The notes: generated by a model from the sequence alone, not told the origin. A stretch of DNA of 62,846 bases, filler included, from Rhabdomonas costata (GCA_019059605.1; 31 parts of 31 records of this genome joined end to end with filler, not necessarily neighbours in it), one strand, 5' to 3'. Counted from the first letter of the whole stretch, positions 26,219-39,800 are shown. Made by a program: numbers and translations.

Positions 26219-28288
26219 CTGTTGAAGACGATACGAAAGGGAGTGGAGGAGAGTCACGAGCTAAACGGCGAGGAAACCACACCTGGGCGAGAAGAAGACC
26301 AAAACCCNNNNNNNNNNNNNNNNNNNNNNNNNNNNNNNNNNNNNNNNNNNNTTAATTAATTAANNNNNNNNNNNNNNNNNNNNNNNNNNNNNNNNNNNNN
26401 NNNNNNNGGTTGGTGTGACATAGTCGCCGTGATAACGTCTGAAGCCTTGAGAAAAGAGTGTGGAAGTGTAGGTGCGAAGACATTCGGCATATGGTACGGG
26501 GCATGCGGGTGTAACATTTATTGTCGACGGGAATTTCCCTGTGGGTCCAAAATCAAGGTTCCTTTAGCTGAGCTTTTTCGTCTGGTTTCATGCAGGGGCG
26601 GGAAGGTGTTGTCAGTATTTCTATTTGTTGACCTTGTGGTGCTTCCCAAGCCAGGAAATATCCTTTCAAATTTTCCATCTGATCCACACGGTTTGGTGGG
26701 GTCAGGCGAAGTGTGTACTCGCCCACCCAGAAATATTTGTTCCGACCCAAAACAGCGGACGGGTACCCGTCCCCACCATTCACACCATCACCACCAATAA
26801 AAAAAAAGGAAAATACTAACGTGGAATAAATTCTTGGTGGCTTTTGTGTTCGACGGCGGGAGCGTTGAGGACGGGAAAAGAAGGGATGCCGTCTCGCCCA
26901 TACACACAGTGGTGACCTGTGGCAGAGATTCTCGCCCCTTGTCGACTCTGCTGGGGTGTGCCGCGTGGGCCCTGGTGCTGACGGTGGGCCTGTTCTGGGG
27001 CAGCCCCTTGTTCAGGGTATGCGTTGAGGAACCCCGCTTCCCGCAGAGATTTTGTCAGTAGGGCTTAGGATGGTCTCCATAGGCTTTGAGGACGAGAAAA
27101 ACGCAGGCCGGCAGTAGAGATTATAGGGTGGGTAAGCCCGCAGCCAGAGGCCGTGGTGCTCTTGGAGTCGGGGGCGCGTGGGTCTGTAAACGTGCTTTGA
27201 GGGCACCTTGAATGACTTGGGAGTCTCAGTTTAAGTGTGGCCGAAATCTTTCGCCATTATGCACCCCGATGGTATGCTTCGAAGGAAGGTGCTACCCATG
27301 CGAAGAAATGGAGAAGCCGGGGTGCGAAGAGCCGCAAAAACAAAGAACGGTGTGTCAAGGCCTCGGACGAATTTCGACTAAGAAACCGCCAAAGGCAAGC
27401 TGTTGCAAAAGTTTCCTTTCTGCATAACCCTCACGGGACATTGGAAATGCCATGAGCTTTCCGCTTTTCGTGGATCTGCTCCCGTCTCCGGGCAGTTAGT
27501 AGCCAACTCACATCACTGCTTCCACAAATAATTCGCTCGTTTTCCGTTTGAGTTATCACTCATTGTTATATCGACACCCCTCCCTCCTCAGGCCTCTGCT
27601 GGTGGTTGCACATTACAAGTGTCTGATACATTTTTGGGGGGTGGGGGACGGGTAAACCTTGTTAATGGTTTATCGGCGTTTTTAATCGGGGCTTTTTCTT
27701 TTTTTTGAAAGCTCTCTTTGGGTCGTCACACCCCCCGCCCTCAATCACTGTGATCATGTTGAAAACGAAGTAGTCGTAACAGAAAAGGGTAAGGTGACGA
27801 ACTCACCAAATCTGTATCTATTTCCTCTCCCAACAAAACAAACAAAAAGAAACGAAAGTGCAGCATAGCCGTGGCCGCCGGAAGGGAAGAGACCACTGCG
27901 ATGAATAGAGGCGAGCGCATAAAGCAAATATACACAGTTCATACTGCGTCGAAGACTGACAGAAGATGGAGCGACCTCCGCTAGGTGAGCGCTAGTTGTA
28001 AAGGAAATCATGATATGTGTGAAGAATGCACGTGCTGTGTGTTGACGGCGAGCGAATGGGGAACGCAAGCCCTGTCGAGTCAACCCCTTGGTTGCGACTT
28101 CAATGGATAAGGCTGAAAACTACGCTATACCCCTTGATATGTTGCTATTTGGGCGCTTGACTATAATAACTCCCTCACCCCCCCGAACCGCTCCGGCCGC
28201 CATAGCGCCGCCATAGCGCTGGCCTTCGCCACTTAAATAACTCTGTCACTTTAGTTTGCCGTTCCCGGGCAAGGTCACCAAAGTGAGC

Positions 28289-28294
<6 letters not shown>

Positions 28295-28324
<30 letters not shown>
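28295..28324 (+). repeat. (CA)n microsatellite
   Basis: About 15 CA units read directly. Confidence 0.95.
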
Positions 28325-28325
<1 letters not shown>

Positions 28326-29457
28326 GCGAGCCCGGGGGCTCNNNNNNNNNNNNNNNNNNNNNNNNNNNNNNNNNNNNNNNNNNNNTTAATTAATTAANNN
28401 NNNNNNNNNNNNNNNNNNNNNNNNNNNNNNNNNNNNNNNNNGTTTGTTTTGCGCTGCTAAACCTTTGACGACTGAGTCGGACACTTATTGGGGATGCTAT
28501 TTTTAATGCACGGGTTAGGTTACCTGGTTCACTTCCTCGTGGTTTCTTTTGCAAAAATGGGGTAATTCTTTGCTGTTGTTTGCTGTCCCCCTAAGCAGAC
28601 ATGATTTAATTTGCGGGCGGGGGGGAGGTTATGGCAGTTTAGCAGTTCTAATCGTTTAACGACCCGCAGAGGCGCGTCCTGTCGCAGTCCCAGACAGTCC
28701 AAGAATTTTGAGGGCCGACACAGTGGGACGTCGGGGGGTGACTTCAGACCCCACTGCTAATACCGTCTGTGTGCGCTATAATTCCTAAAAGGAGAAGCTT
28801 TGCTGTAAGGTCCTGTTTCGTATGCAAGTGGACCTATGGGTCCAATATTTCATGTTTTCGTGCTTATCTGATGTGCTGCTCAGAACTTCCAGCGGCTCTA
28901 CTATCTCAGAAAAATTCCCCAAACAAAGCAGACCCACACGAGAGGAATACCGCGGTGCAGAGCAAATTACCATTGGGCGCAACACGGGTGATCACCCGGT
29001 GGTAAGGGGAGTTATCCTTTTGTGATCGCCTGGGGACGATGTTCCTTGAGGTGCTGGTAGGGGGGTTGCGCGCGGAAGAACAACGGCCGCCCGGTTGACA
29101 AGCAAGGACACCAGGCTTCCACCCCTAACCCGCCACATTCAGATTCGTGGATTGTGCTTTTATAGCCCCGACATCCACGCGGCGACTCGAAAGGGTTAAC
29201 AATTCGAAGTCTGCAGTGGCCCGCCGTTTGGTTTTTGCTACCATTACCCAGCGGATCGGACGCATCCCTACAAGATAATCGCCCACGAACAATCCTCTCC
29301 CGGAATCCGCGCCACTTTTGCGCGCACGGCCCACTTCCAAAAAGCGGAGATGTGGGAAGGAGGCAAAACTGCTTCCTAACGCTAACCCGTCGTAAACGCC
29401 GATGCGCGTTTGTACAACTAGGTTGGCCCGGGACAACGGGCAAAGCTCAAGGCGCAC

Positions 29458-29609
29458 CAGTACTGGAAGTCGTGGCCCTTCAGGCCGTCCGGTGCCGACG
29501 TCCACCGGTCCGCAGTGTACACTAAAGTATCCCCGAACTTGTAGATCGCGTTGTTCTGGGCGTGGATGGTGCCGTTCACATGATTCTCCAACTGGGCGTT
29601 CAGGTCCAC
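29458..29609 (-). CDS. GH43-like beta-propeller glycoside hydrolase exon
   Basis: AAG|VDLN...TIHAQNNAIY...LVYTADRWTSAPDGLKGHDFQYW|GTGCG. The AQ...Y.GDRW.SAPD.LK.HD.QYW motif resembles GH43-like C-termini. Confidence 0.6.
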
Positions 29610-30841
29610 CTTAGCGTGGCCCTGGAACCAATGAAGCGGAAGCAGCAGCCATCCGTGCGCGGTCCGGGTACCAAAGGTTACCCTGGGTACCAGAAAAGTG
29701 TCTAAGTATTGCTAATGTTTTGGATCTTTTCTTCTTGCTTGTTTGTTTGGTTGGTTTTGTTTCGGATTGATGATTGCACAATTTCACGATTACATAAAAC
29801 ATTGCACTGACTTCGCGCTCTTCTTCCATCTCAAGTCCTGCCCGGTTCGACTACCTTCCCTTTTTCCTTCTGTTGCAATTGTGCGCGTATTTTCGCCTGT
29901 TCTTTATGCCTGCCTGTTCTTTATGCCTGTCTGAAAATGACTTTTTTGCAACGGCGGATTCCCAGCACCTAAACCTCCCGATTTTACCGCCCCCCACAGG
30001 GTGGTGACACAGAAGCCTACGGCGTCGCTCCGCTCCGTGCTAAACTATGGTGGAAGCACACAAGTAAGGCTGAAAAGAGAGACAGGCATGTACTTAAATG
30101 GCGATTTTGCGCGAATCAACACTGAAAGTGGTAAAAATCGACATTTTGGGGGGTTTATCAGAGACAAAATAGCCTAAAATGGCCTAAAATAGCCCGAAAG
30201 AGCCTGAAGTAAGACCTAAAGACGCAAAACGAGGGTAAAGCGAACATTAAATTGATGTAAACGGAAACCACCAGCCCTAATTATTCACTGTATTGCGTTT
30301 TCTTCCTACCAATAACCGATTGGTCACGATGCCCAAACGATGCCCAACACAATTTCCTCGATACCCAGCACGATGCCNNNNNNNNNNNNNNNNNNNNNNN
30401 NNNNNNNNNNNNNNNNNNNNNTTAATTAATTAANNNNNNNNNNNNNNNNNNNNNNNNNNNNNNNNNNNNNNNNNNNNCTTTCATCAAATGAGTTATGGGG
30501 GGGGCTTTGTTCCAGCGATATAACAGCTTGTGGATGTGTCAGGGCTGGGCGGAGGCTTCAAGTTCAACGAACACGACCTCAGATTTTGGGTAATTCCATA
30601 TTTTTTCTTGGCGAGTGAGTAGGTGGGGCAAATGTACTGCTCTTCCGCAGTGCTGTTTGAATTCGTGTTATACCTTTCAGCAATCCTCAACAAGGCGTAT
30701 TCCGATTGCTGCCGTTCCCCCTGAATCTTGTAGTTGTCTTTTTCTGAGGGACTTGCTTTATTTACGCCCTTTAGTTTGGCGTGACCTGTTCTGAGAGACT
30801 TCTGTCCTTTAGGCGGATATTTGCGCTTGTGACTTCCATTT

Positions 30842-32379
30842 ATGGCTGAGGTTAATCTCACCAAAACACTGAACAATCGATCGGAACGACGCCCGGCGAG
30901 GCGAGTTCAGGGCGACAAGCGTGACAGGAAGGACAACCCCATCTGCTTCATGGAGCTTACCATCGCAAAGCGGCCTGGTTTGCTGCATGACCTCGCCGTT
31001 GGCTCTCATTTTAGCAATTCTTTGGGTTTTTATTCTGTCAAAGTGGCTCTCAACCAACTGAATTGCACCACCTCAGCGTGCAGGGCTGGAAAAAATTTGT
31101 AAGTGCCCGCTGCTGAAGCAGACGGAAGTCTTCTGGCAACGCTTGCCTATAATACGGTTTTGTGATGTAGAGAAAACACCTGTGGCTAAAATCTTGAAGC
31201 ACTTTTTAAAATATTTTCGCACCTGTTTTTATTGCATTTTTATTGCGTCGCATTTTGGTTTCTCCAATTTGTATTTTCTTCTAGCCCTGCAGCGTATCAG
31301 AAAAAATATAAAAAGAGTCCTGGTACTTTTTGTGTGCCTTGGCTTTTATATACTGCGGTTGGTACCATCGCACTTGCTTTTTTCTATCATCGTGCAATAG
31401 TTGGTCGCATTACGCTGGAGTTGTTTGCCGACGTCTGCCCGAAGACTGCTGAGAACTTTCGGTGCCTCTGCACGGGTATTGAGCAGCTTTATTTTGTTTT
31501 TGCCAATAATGGCGTATAAGCGCCCGATTTTGCAGGACTTTGCACTTTGTTTTGATTGCTCATTGAATAACTCCGCATCCATCACGAATTGAATATTGAA
31601 TATATTGAATATTGAATTGGCAGTCTCTCAGTTTGAGGTTGTGCACTGCTGCTTCACTGCTTTTTTTTGATTCTCCGCGTCTGTTGTTTCGGTCCCTCAT
31701 TTTTGCTGATTTTGGATCCAGCTTGTTTCAGTATGCTCCCTTGTTTGTGTAGAATACGCTAGCGTCAGTGGGGCGTTCCTGTCAGTCGCTGTTTTTGTGC
31801 TCGCAGGGGAGAAGGGCACGGGGAAGGCGGGCAAGAAACTTTGCTACGAGAGCTCCAGCTTCCACAGAGTATGCCCACCTCTCCTTCCTTGAAGCGATTT
31901 CGGGAGTTGAGAGGAGTGAGCTCCGGTAATCTGATGAAACGTCCAAAACAGTCGCTGGCGAGTCTGTGGATGCAACCGTGTCAGTACCCAACGCCGCTTC
32001 TCCTACCGGTATGACTGGAAAATTCTTTTTCCAGCCATGCCTTGCAGCACCTTTGGCTTCAGAGCTAATTCCAGATTGGTGGCAGTACTATCAATATGAC
32101 ATTCAGGGGCAGCGTCATCGTCATGATTGCTTTCGCGTGACCAGGAACGAATGGTGCGACTTGATTTGGAAAGTTGAGACCCACCCTCACTTTCCCCAGA
32201 GGTTTGTCGCATGGTCGCACTGTGCGCTATCCGGCGCATCAGCTCGCTTTTTTCTTTGGGTTCCGGCCACTCACTCACTCACTCACTTACTCTCACTCAC
32301 TCACTCACTCACTTTCGCACATAGGTTATCCCTGGGTTCATCGTCCAGGGGGGTGACATTACCCGCAACAACGGCACTG
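30842..32379 (+). CDS. Cyclophilin-type peptidyl-prolyl isomerase, 5' part; exons 30842-30977, 31401-31475, 31807-31868, 32325-32379
   Basis: Spliced protein: ...[80 protein letters not shown]. All GT-AG introns keep the frame. Confidence 0.95.
32268..32313 (+). repeat. (ACTC)n microsatellite at the 3' end of cyclophilin intron 3
   Basis: cactcactcactcactcacttactctcactcactcactcactcact ends about 10 nt before the AG at 32323-32324. Confidence 0.9.
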
Positions 32380-32508
32380 GTGATCGGCGCTTTCGCCCCC
32401 CCCACCCCNNNNNNNNNNNNNNNNNNNNNNNNNNNNNNNNNNNNNNNNNNNNTTAATTAATTAANNNNNNNNNNNNNNNNNNNNNNNNNNNNNNNNNNNN
32501 NNNNNNNN

Positions 32509-34439
32509 GGTTTTTGGGACCTCTCTGATGGAATTGCGCTCATCCGGTTGATGAAGTGCCTGACTCCCGATCAGAAGATCCCCACATACAACAGGCCTGC
32601 CACACTCCAGCCACAGAAGCTCAACAATTTGGACATCGCCTTCCAACTCATTGCGAAGGCTGGAGTAAGAATCCTTGGTCTGGTGTCCTATTGATGCCCA
32701 CTGATCTGCGCGAACATCAGGAAGTTCTGGTTCTTCTCAATTTGCAATCATTTGTTTAGGAGTCGGTACTGAAGATGTCCTCAGAGGTGACATGAAACTG
32801 ATTCTCGGTATGAAGGCAGTATCTGCCGACGTTTCTGTTTTTAAACGGGAGGAATCCGCTTTTTTTTGACAAAGTTATTTACGGAACTTTGGCACGGGTT
32901 TGCATGAGTTTTGCAGCAGGTCCTGCAGGTTTTGCAGAAGGTGGGGTTCGGCGCAACAGCTCAGCTTTTGATTTTTGTCATCTCAGGGCTCATGTGGGCC
33001 ATCATTTACGCAATTCAAATCGGGAGGATTCCTGCCGAGAGCGGCGCCCGGAAAAGTGGTGCTGATGGCTTGCTGCTGTGGTGTCAGAAGAACACTGCTG
33101 GTGTTTTTCTGATGCGCCCATCATTCGTCACACATGTTTTCCGCACATGAGGTGCACCGTTGACTCTAAATTTGTCTTAGGTTATGAAAACGTCCACGTG
33201 AAAGACTTTTCCTCGAGTTGGAAGGGTGGACTCGCACTGGCAGCGCTGATCAACAAGTTTCACCCTGAGCTTGTCAGCTTTGACGGTGTCAAACAAGAGA
33301 AGGTCTTTGAGTGTCTTTGAATGAGATTTTCAGCGAAGTGGAAGGAGGTCAAAGATCCTCAAGAAAGTATCCGGAAGTGGGATAATGGGTTCATTACGCG
33401 AAATGGTTAACCAGAGAGGGAAAAGAAAAAGAAAAGGGAAACGTTTCACATATAAACTCTATTCTAACTTAACTGCAAGCCCATTCGGCTCATCGCGCCA
33501 TTCAGTGTTTTCGCCTGGCGCCTTATATCTGATTTTCTGCTGTTTCATTTCATCCGTGTGTTTTGAGTGGAAATCAGATCCAACTGCACCACGGGTACCA
33601 CGGCAGTATGCTTGTTTTTTCAGCCTGAATCAGTCATCAACACGTGTTTTGGTGCCGCCGAGACCCTTGGGATCCCAAAGCTTTTGGAGGTTGACGACCT
33701 TCTCACTCCCGTGGATGAAAAGTCCATCATGACCTACATCAGCGAGTACTTCATCCTCTTCTCCAAAAAGGTCCGAAGAGCCCAGAGGAAATGCGCGGGA
33801 TGCTTTCTTTACGGTGCACTGCACGTACATTTTTACTGTGTGGGTGTTATTGTCGCTTTTTTCGTTTCAGGGGGAGGCGGACATGCAGCGACGCCGCATA
33901 AAAGCTTTTGGGCAGTACCAGTCAAACCTGCTTCGCATGATCTCTGAGTACAAACATAAGATGACAGCGGAGCTCGAGTGGGGGAACTCCAAGAAAGCTG
34001 ACATGGATTCCTCGTCCATCGTGGTTCGTACTGAAACTGAAATTGAGACTCTCTCGTTTGCCACAGGGGGACACTTGTTTCATTTTGTTGGCTGCCTCTT
34101 TAGAAAAACTTTCTTGAGATCAAGGCGAAGCTGGACGCCCACAATGAGTACAGGAAGACGGAAAAGCGGGAGCACCTCACCATAAAAAATGAGCTTGACG
34201 TACGCTGGGAGAGAAGGGAGTTCCTTTTGTTTTGTTGGGGCCGGAAGTGAGAACCCAGTACCCAAGAGTTTTAGAACAGTCACCCAAACCAAAAGAACAA
34301 TTTGCTCACGCTGGGCTGCTTATTCGGACAGGTGCTGCTCAGTAACATCCAGATGACGTGTCAACTGCAAAAGAGACTTCCGTTCCAGCCGCCTGCGGGC
34401 CTTTCCCCCGAGGATCTCAACCTTCTGTGGCAACACACC
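32509..34439 (+). CDS. Alpha-actinin-like protein (CH1-CH2 plus spectrin repeat), internal fragment; exons to 32677, 32760-32807, 32987-33100, 33181-33302, 33624-33770, 33871-34023, 34104-34199, 34332-end
   Basis: DLSDGIALIRL...GVGTEDVLRGDMKLILGLMWAII...[33 protein letters not shown]...LGIPKLLEVDDL...DEKSIMTYISEYF...LLSNIQ...PPAGLSPEDLNLLW. Seven in-frame GT-AG introns. Confidence 0.93.
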
Positions 34440-36573
34440 NNNNNNNNNNNNNNNNNNNNNNNNNNNNNNNNNNNNNNNNNNNNTTAATTAATTAANNNNN
34501 NNNNNNNNNNNNNNNNNNNNNNNNNNNNNNNNNNNNNNNGTTTTTGGTTGCGCAGTAGAAGATTGGAGAACGTTTGGTAGAGAGTGTTGTAAAAAGCCTG
34601 AATCCGCCATATCTCCAACTGCCCCCAAAGCGGTGGGAGGAGGGTTCACCGAAAAAATGATTACACTCAGTAATGTGAACTGTGAATGATACATTCGAAT
34701 CACATACACTTAACTACGCACGTTTTTTTTGTGGAAACACAATGGTTGCCATAACCACTGTTCTCAGAACCACCAAAGTGCAATTTTTGTTTTTCGTATC
34801 TGGTTTTAAAGGGTGCATGGGAACAAAATTCTGCTCGAAATCCCCCTCCGTCGCCTGAATCATCATGGCTATAGTTGCTCTTTTTCTATTAATTTGTTTT
34901 TGCAAAAGAAATGCCCCAGATTAATCGGGTTAGCCGCATTTTCCACTGCACCCAGTATTTTGCTTGTTCCTTCCTCAGCCCAGTACGTCGCGTCTGCGTG
35001 TAACAGAAAGTGATTATTGATACGGTAAGGAACTAAAAAACTAAAAAAAAAACATGCTGCTGTTGTGGCAACAATGCCCACTTGCTGCCTTCTGGCATCA
35101 GGCGCCGCGAAAGCATTACAGCTTCCCACAAACACACAGAGGACCAGGAAGCGTAAGTGAAGTTTTAGCTTTTTCTTGGAACGGGCCCGTATTGGAAGGC
35201 GAGTTGATCTGATATGATTGGTAGGATTATTCCAGCTTAAAAACGCTCTTCGCATTTCCTTCATTGCAGAGATGAACTTTTGGGCGAAGGTGCCCTATTT
35301 AGTTTTTGAGAGTGTGCGCTCGACATGGTCTGGGTGGACCGTTATCTGTGGAAGACGAAGTGCAGGTCAAACGTGAAGAAGCGGCATCCACATTGATCAA
35401 TCATCCTTTCTGTGCTGGGAATGTCGAACGTTTCCTTTTGTTTTTAGTCAACCACCATTTGCAGCTTCTATTTGCTTTTCGAAGGATGTGAATTCATCAA
35501 TGTCCTAATAGTCCAGCTGAAGCTGAAACTATGACACTTTAGACATGGGCGTAGCTAGGATGCAAAACGTGGAAGTCGGAGACTGCGCGACTATCTGGAG
35601 TTAACTCTATGGGAAATTTTAATGGAAAGAGAGCATTTTACTAATCACTGAGCTTGAGCACATTGGCGTGAATTGGAGCTTTCTGAGATGGAGGTCTACA
35701 TTCGCTAGATCAATATTCTTGATCATCTCCTGAACGTCTTTTCAAGTGAGAAAGTGACTCCTCCATTGATCCTGGATGGATTAGTGCAGGTGTATTGGGT
35801 GCTGGATGAGGATGCATATGCGGAGCATCCGACTTGCGCTCCAGAAAGAAAAGCTGATAACTATACTTTTGAAAGAAAAACTTACTCAAAAAGCAATCTG
35901 AATAATAAGCATTTTCCAATTACGGAGCGGCAGAAATGGAAGATGCTTCATGCCGTACGTTTAAAAAATCCCGTGGGACGTTTGCTTCTTGGTTGGTCAC
36001 TTTGGTTAGCTGCTCTACAACACCATGGTGTTGTTAGTGCCTTGTGCAATGTCAGCACACCAATACCTTGTTTTGTTTCGCATAGTAAAAAAATCACGTG
36101 TTTTTTGGTCCACGCTATTGCGTACGTCAACTGGTGTTGGCGGTGGTCACGATGCTGGCTTATTTCAGCAACATGCGGTTTATACTATTGTAGTGGTGTA
36201 CACATAAACCAACGTCAGAGAGTTTCCAGGTTGGATAGGGGAGCAGAGAGCAGGAAATGAATAGATATTTTACCAGCGTACACGCAGCACACGCCGCGGT
36301 GTGCAACAACGAAACGGAAGCGGCAGGAATCACGAAATCAAGCACAACTATCCTCACGGAATCGTGTCATCAAATTTCACATGCCATTCAATGTTCGCAT
36401 TGCACGTCGAAACAGTTCAAGCTCAACCCGCCTGCTTCGGAGAAAAGTAGACAAAAGACTCCCCAACAACNNNNNNNNNNNNNNNNNNNNNNNNNNNNNN
36501 NNNNNNNNNNNNNNTTAATTAATTAANNNNNNNNNNNNNNNNNNNNNNNNNNNNNNNNNNNNNNNNNNNNGGG

Positions 36574-36802
36574 TTTTTTGTCCGTGCGTCTAGGGTTATT
36601 GTTATCAAATTGCCTGCATGTATGTGGGTTGTGGCATTTTATAGCGCGTGCGGGAGATGGGCCCGTACCGCCCACCGCACTTCCGCCCACACCGGCCCCA
36701 GCGTGCGCTGCAGGCCCATCTCCCGCACGCGCTATAAAATGCCACAACCCACATACATGCAGGCAATTTGATAACAATAACCCTAGACGCACGGATAAAA
36801 AA
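36574..36802. repeat. Long inverted repeat (83-bp perfect arms 36581-36663 and 36713-36795, 49-nt spacer) at the contig start
   Basis: The arms are exact reverse complements (tccgtgcgtctagggtt...gagatgggcc / ggcccatctc...aaccctagacgcacgga). Confidence 0.95.
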
Positions 36803-39800
36803 GCCGCACATAAGCGCATACACTGACATTGCCAAGAATGGTTCAACAACAAATAGTGAACTTTCTTGTCTTCCAGTTCTGCCAGGTAATACTAACAACA
36901 ATGCTGTTGAGAAAACGTGAGGTTTTGAGCCGCGAGAGGTTGGTATGCCTGGGGTGCTGCAAAACAATGCTCACCTAGAGGTTGGCGAAGGGCGAACAAG
37001 AGATTTGACGTTACGTTGCAGCTGAAGAGAAGTCTAATAAAAGCTCAAACGCTCTCAAAAAGGAGGCTGTGAAGAATACGGAAGAACTCCCTCCATCCAG
37101 AAAAGGGTCAGTAATCGTCAGACAGTCTTCTTCACTCGTGGGGTCATAGTCGTTCGTTCAAGGTTGCGGGCTTGCCACAGCTGCGGTGTTGCTGCTGTTT
37201 GAAGGACAGCAAATGAAAGGCTGTTGCTGCTTTCTCTGAAGAGTAGGTAGAGAAAGTAGAGAACGTTGTAGCAGAGCAGAGAATGTTGTAGTTCTTTGCC
37301 AGTGCTTCGATTTACACAAGATGAAAAAATTCAGGAGAACGGCCTCTCCATGCATGCCTTTGCCATTGTAATCATCCGCTGTCTCGCACAAGGGTCCTCC
37401 TTGTACGCACCGAGGCACTCCTCCAGCCCAACCTGAACAGAGCCATTACCCCCCATCACCAACATCAAAATCCAGTAGAGAAGAAGCACTTCAATCATCC
37501 TCGATGCAAACCCGAGGTCCCCTCAGGGAGTACTTCATTTTTCTGTGTAATCAGCTCCTCTGTGTGGTGCACTTCAGTGCGCAAGGCAACCTTCGTGCAA
37601 CTATGTACCGGACCCGATGCATTTTGCAAACTGCGCTGGGATGGGAAGCAACGATTTCCCAAAAAAAAATTTTTTGAACATGCTCCCCATTTTCCCTAAA
37701 AAGACAATTTTGAAGTGTCATCGGCAAGGACCAAGTTCAACACTTATTTTGGGGAAAGGGGTTTGTCTTAAAGCGTCACAGTTTTTGGAAACCGTTGAAG
37801 GGTCACGAGCACATTCCTGTAGCACGTTAGCCAGAATTCCCGTCAAAGCTTGCACGTCAGGATGGGTGGCCGGGACACCCAACTTCAAGGCATCGCTCCA
37901 GAGGCGGTACGCAGCATCGGTGTCCCACTCGAACATGACATCACCTGATACCAAGAGCATACAGAAAGTAAACTCACTCAACAAACCCAAAAAAGGCACC
38001 AAAGGGGTCGGAAAGTCTCGTCGACGAGAACAAATCAGAGGTCGAAAACACGCAGCTTGGTTTTAAGCATCCCATCCTTCCAATAACTTGCATACGACCC
38101 AGTCCCCATTGATAAAAGGGGGCTTGATGTTCCCAGCCTCAAACGAATTTGAAGGATGTGGCACCCACGGTCCAATCCCCATCACCTGGATGCACTGGTC
38201 TGCACCAGTCCATGTGTAGTTACACGATTACTTATGGTTTGCATAGGAACTGAATCAACAATGGTTGGCTTCCTCGGCACTGGCATGCCAGCTGGCATCC
38301 CAGCATGCCCACTCACCACACATACGGGCACACGGAGAGAGAACCTCCGAGTTCGCTGCGCTGCCGCATTTCGGCCTGTCCGCTGGCCAGCCACCGAGCA
38401 ATGCTCTCGAGGTGCCTCTCCCGAGCCACCCGCAGCCTGCCTCGCCGGCCCCAGTAGTGCAGGGCAAACCCAAACCCCACCGTGGCGAACCCCCACCCNN
38501 NNNNNNNNNNNNNNNNNNNNNNNNNNNNNNNNNNNNNNNNNNTTAATTAATTAANNNNNNNNNNNNNNNNNNNNNNNNNNNNNNNNNNNNNNNNNNNNTG
38601 TCAGGCACCGAGGTTGGCTCGAATCCATATTCACAATCTAACATGCAGGTCTGGATTAGGCGTTAGGCTGATGGCAATTCTGGCACCGCCCCAATCAGGT
38701 CTTCCCCTGTGAAGCATTGGGGCCAGCAGGTGCCTGGTTGGGACATAATGCCTCGACGCGCTTAAATGGCCGGAGTCGCGTTCTGTGGTGAAAATTTGGA
38801 TGGCTAAAGATAAGGGTCATAACATATACATGTTTATTTGGGTAATCAGAATCTTGAAGCCAAAAATGGTGTAATTCCAAGAATAACAGAAAAAGCAATA
38901 ATCTATTGAACTTACGGAAAAACTACTCAGTTCACTTTTTACGTTCTTTTATGTCAGCACTTCCCATCAATAACTGCTCACAAAAACTTGATTCTTCTCG
39001 ATCTGGTGCGGACGCAACAATTGCCGACAGAAAAAGACCAAGAACCAAAAAGAAAGATGAAATTCATCCGAAATTTAAACACCCCCAAAACTTGTTTGAA
39101 AAAAATCGTCATATGTTTGGCACACTTTGCGCACATTCCGAAGTAATCCAAATAAACGTGTCCACAGCGATACGATTCTCGAAGTGACGTAAGTTGAGGC
39201 GCGTGTTTCCTGCTGTGGATACCTTGAAATCGAGAGGCACTCCATTCCTAGAGTTTCATTCTAACATTCATAATTAAAGCCAATGAAACGCAAGCACCCT
39301 CCACCCTCCCATCTCGTGAGGTCGTCCCCGGTTGAGCAGGACCGGGACCAATATATGCAACCTCCATCCAGTCTGTGATCTGCGCACCACCTTCCAGACC
39401 AGGTGTAGTCTAGGCTGAGCGGGTTCAGAAAAGGCACCAGAGGAGGTCCAATCCACTATCCACCGAATACCCTTGATTTTCATCCACGTATATTCCACAG
39501 GAACTGAAACCCAGGCAAAGCACAAGGAGGCAGAAGGAGACACCCAGTGCTTAGGAGAGTGCGCGGCACGCTGCGGGGTGCAGCGAACACCGGACGAAAA
39601 GAGAAACTGACCCGAAGCAAAGCCTCGGATACTGTCACGGCACAGGCACAGCATAGCACTAAAGAACAAAGCGCAGCAACGAGAGGCACACACAAAATCT
39701 ACAGGGGCAATCACAAATATTTGGGAGAGCAATGGATGGGTATGGCGAGTTGGGAGGGAGGGGGCGCAGGCCCGCAAAAAACGGGGAAAGAGGACCGGGG

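Noticed and set aside
34540-36470. AT-richer contig as contaminant or transposon
   Set aside because: No recognisable motif, long ORF or terminal repeat, so it is left unannotated.
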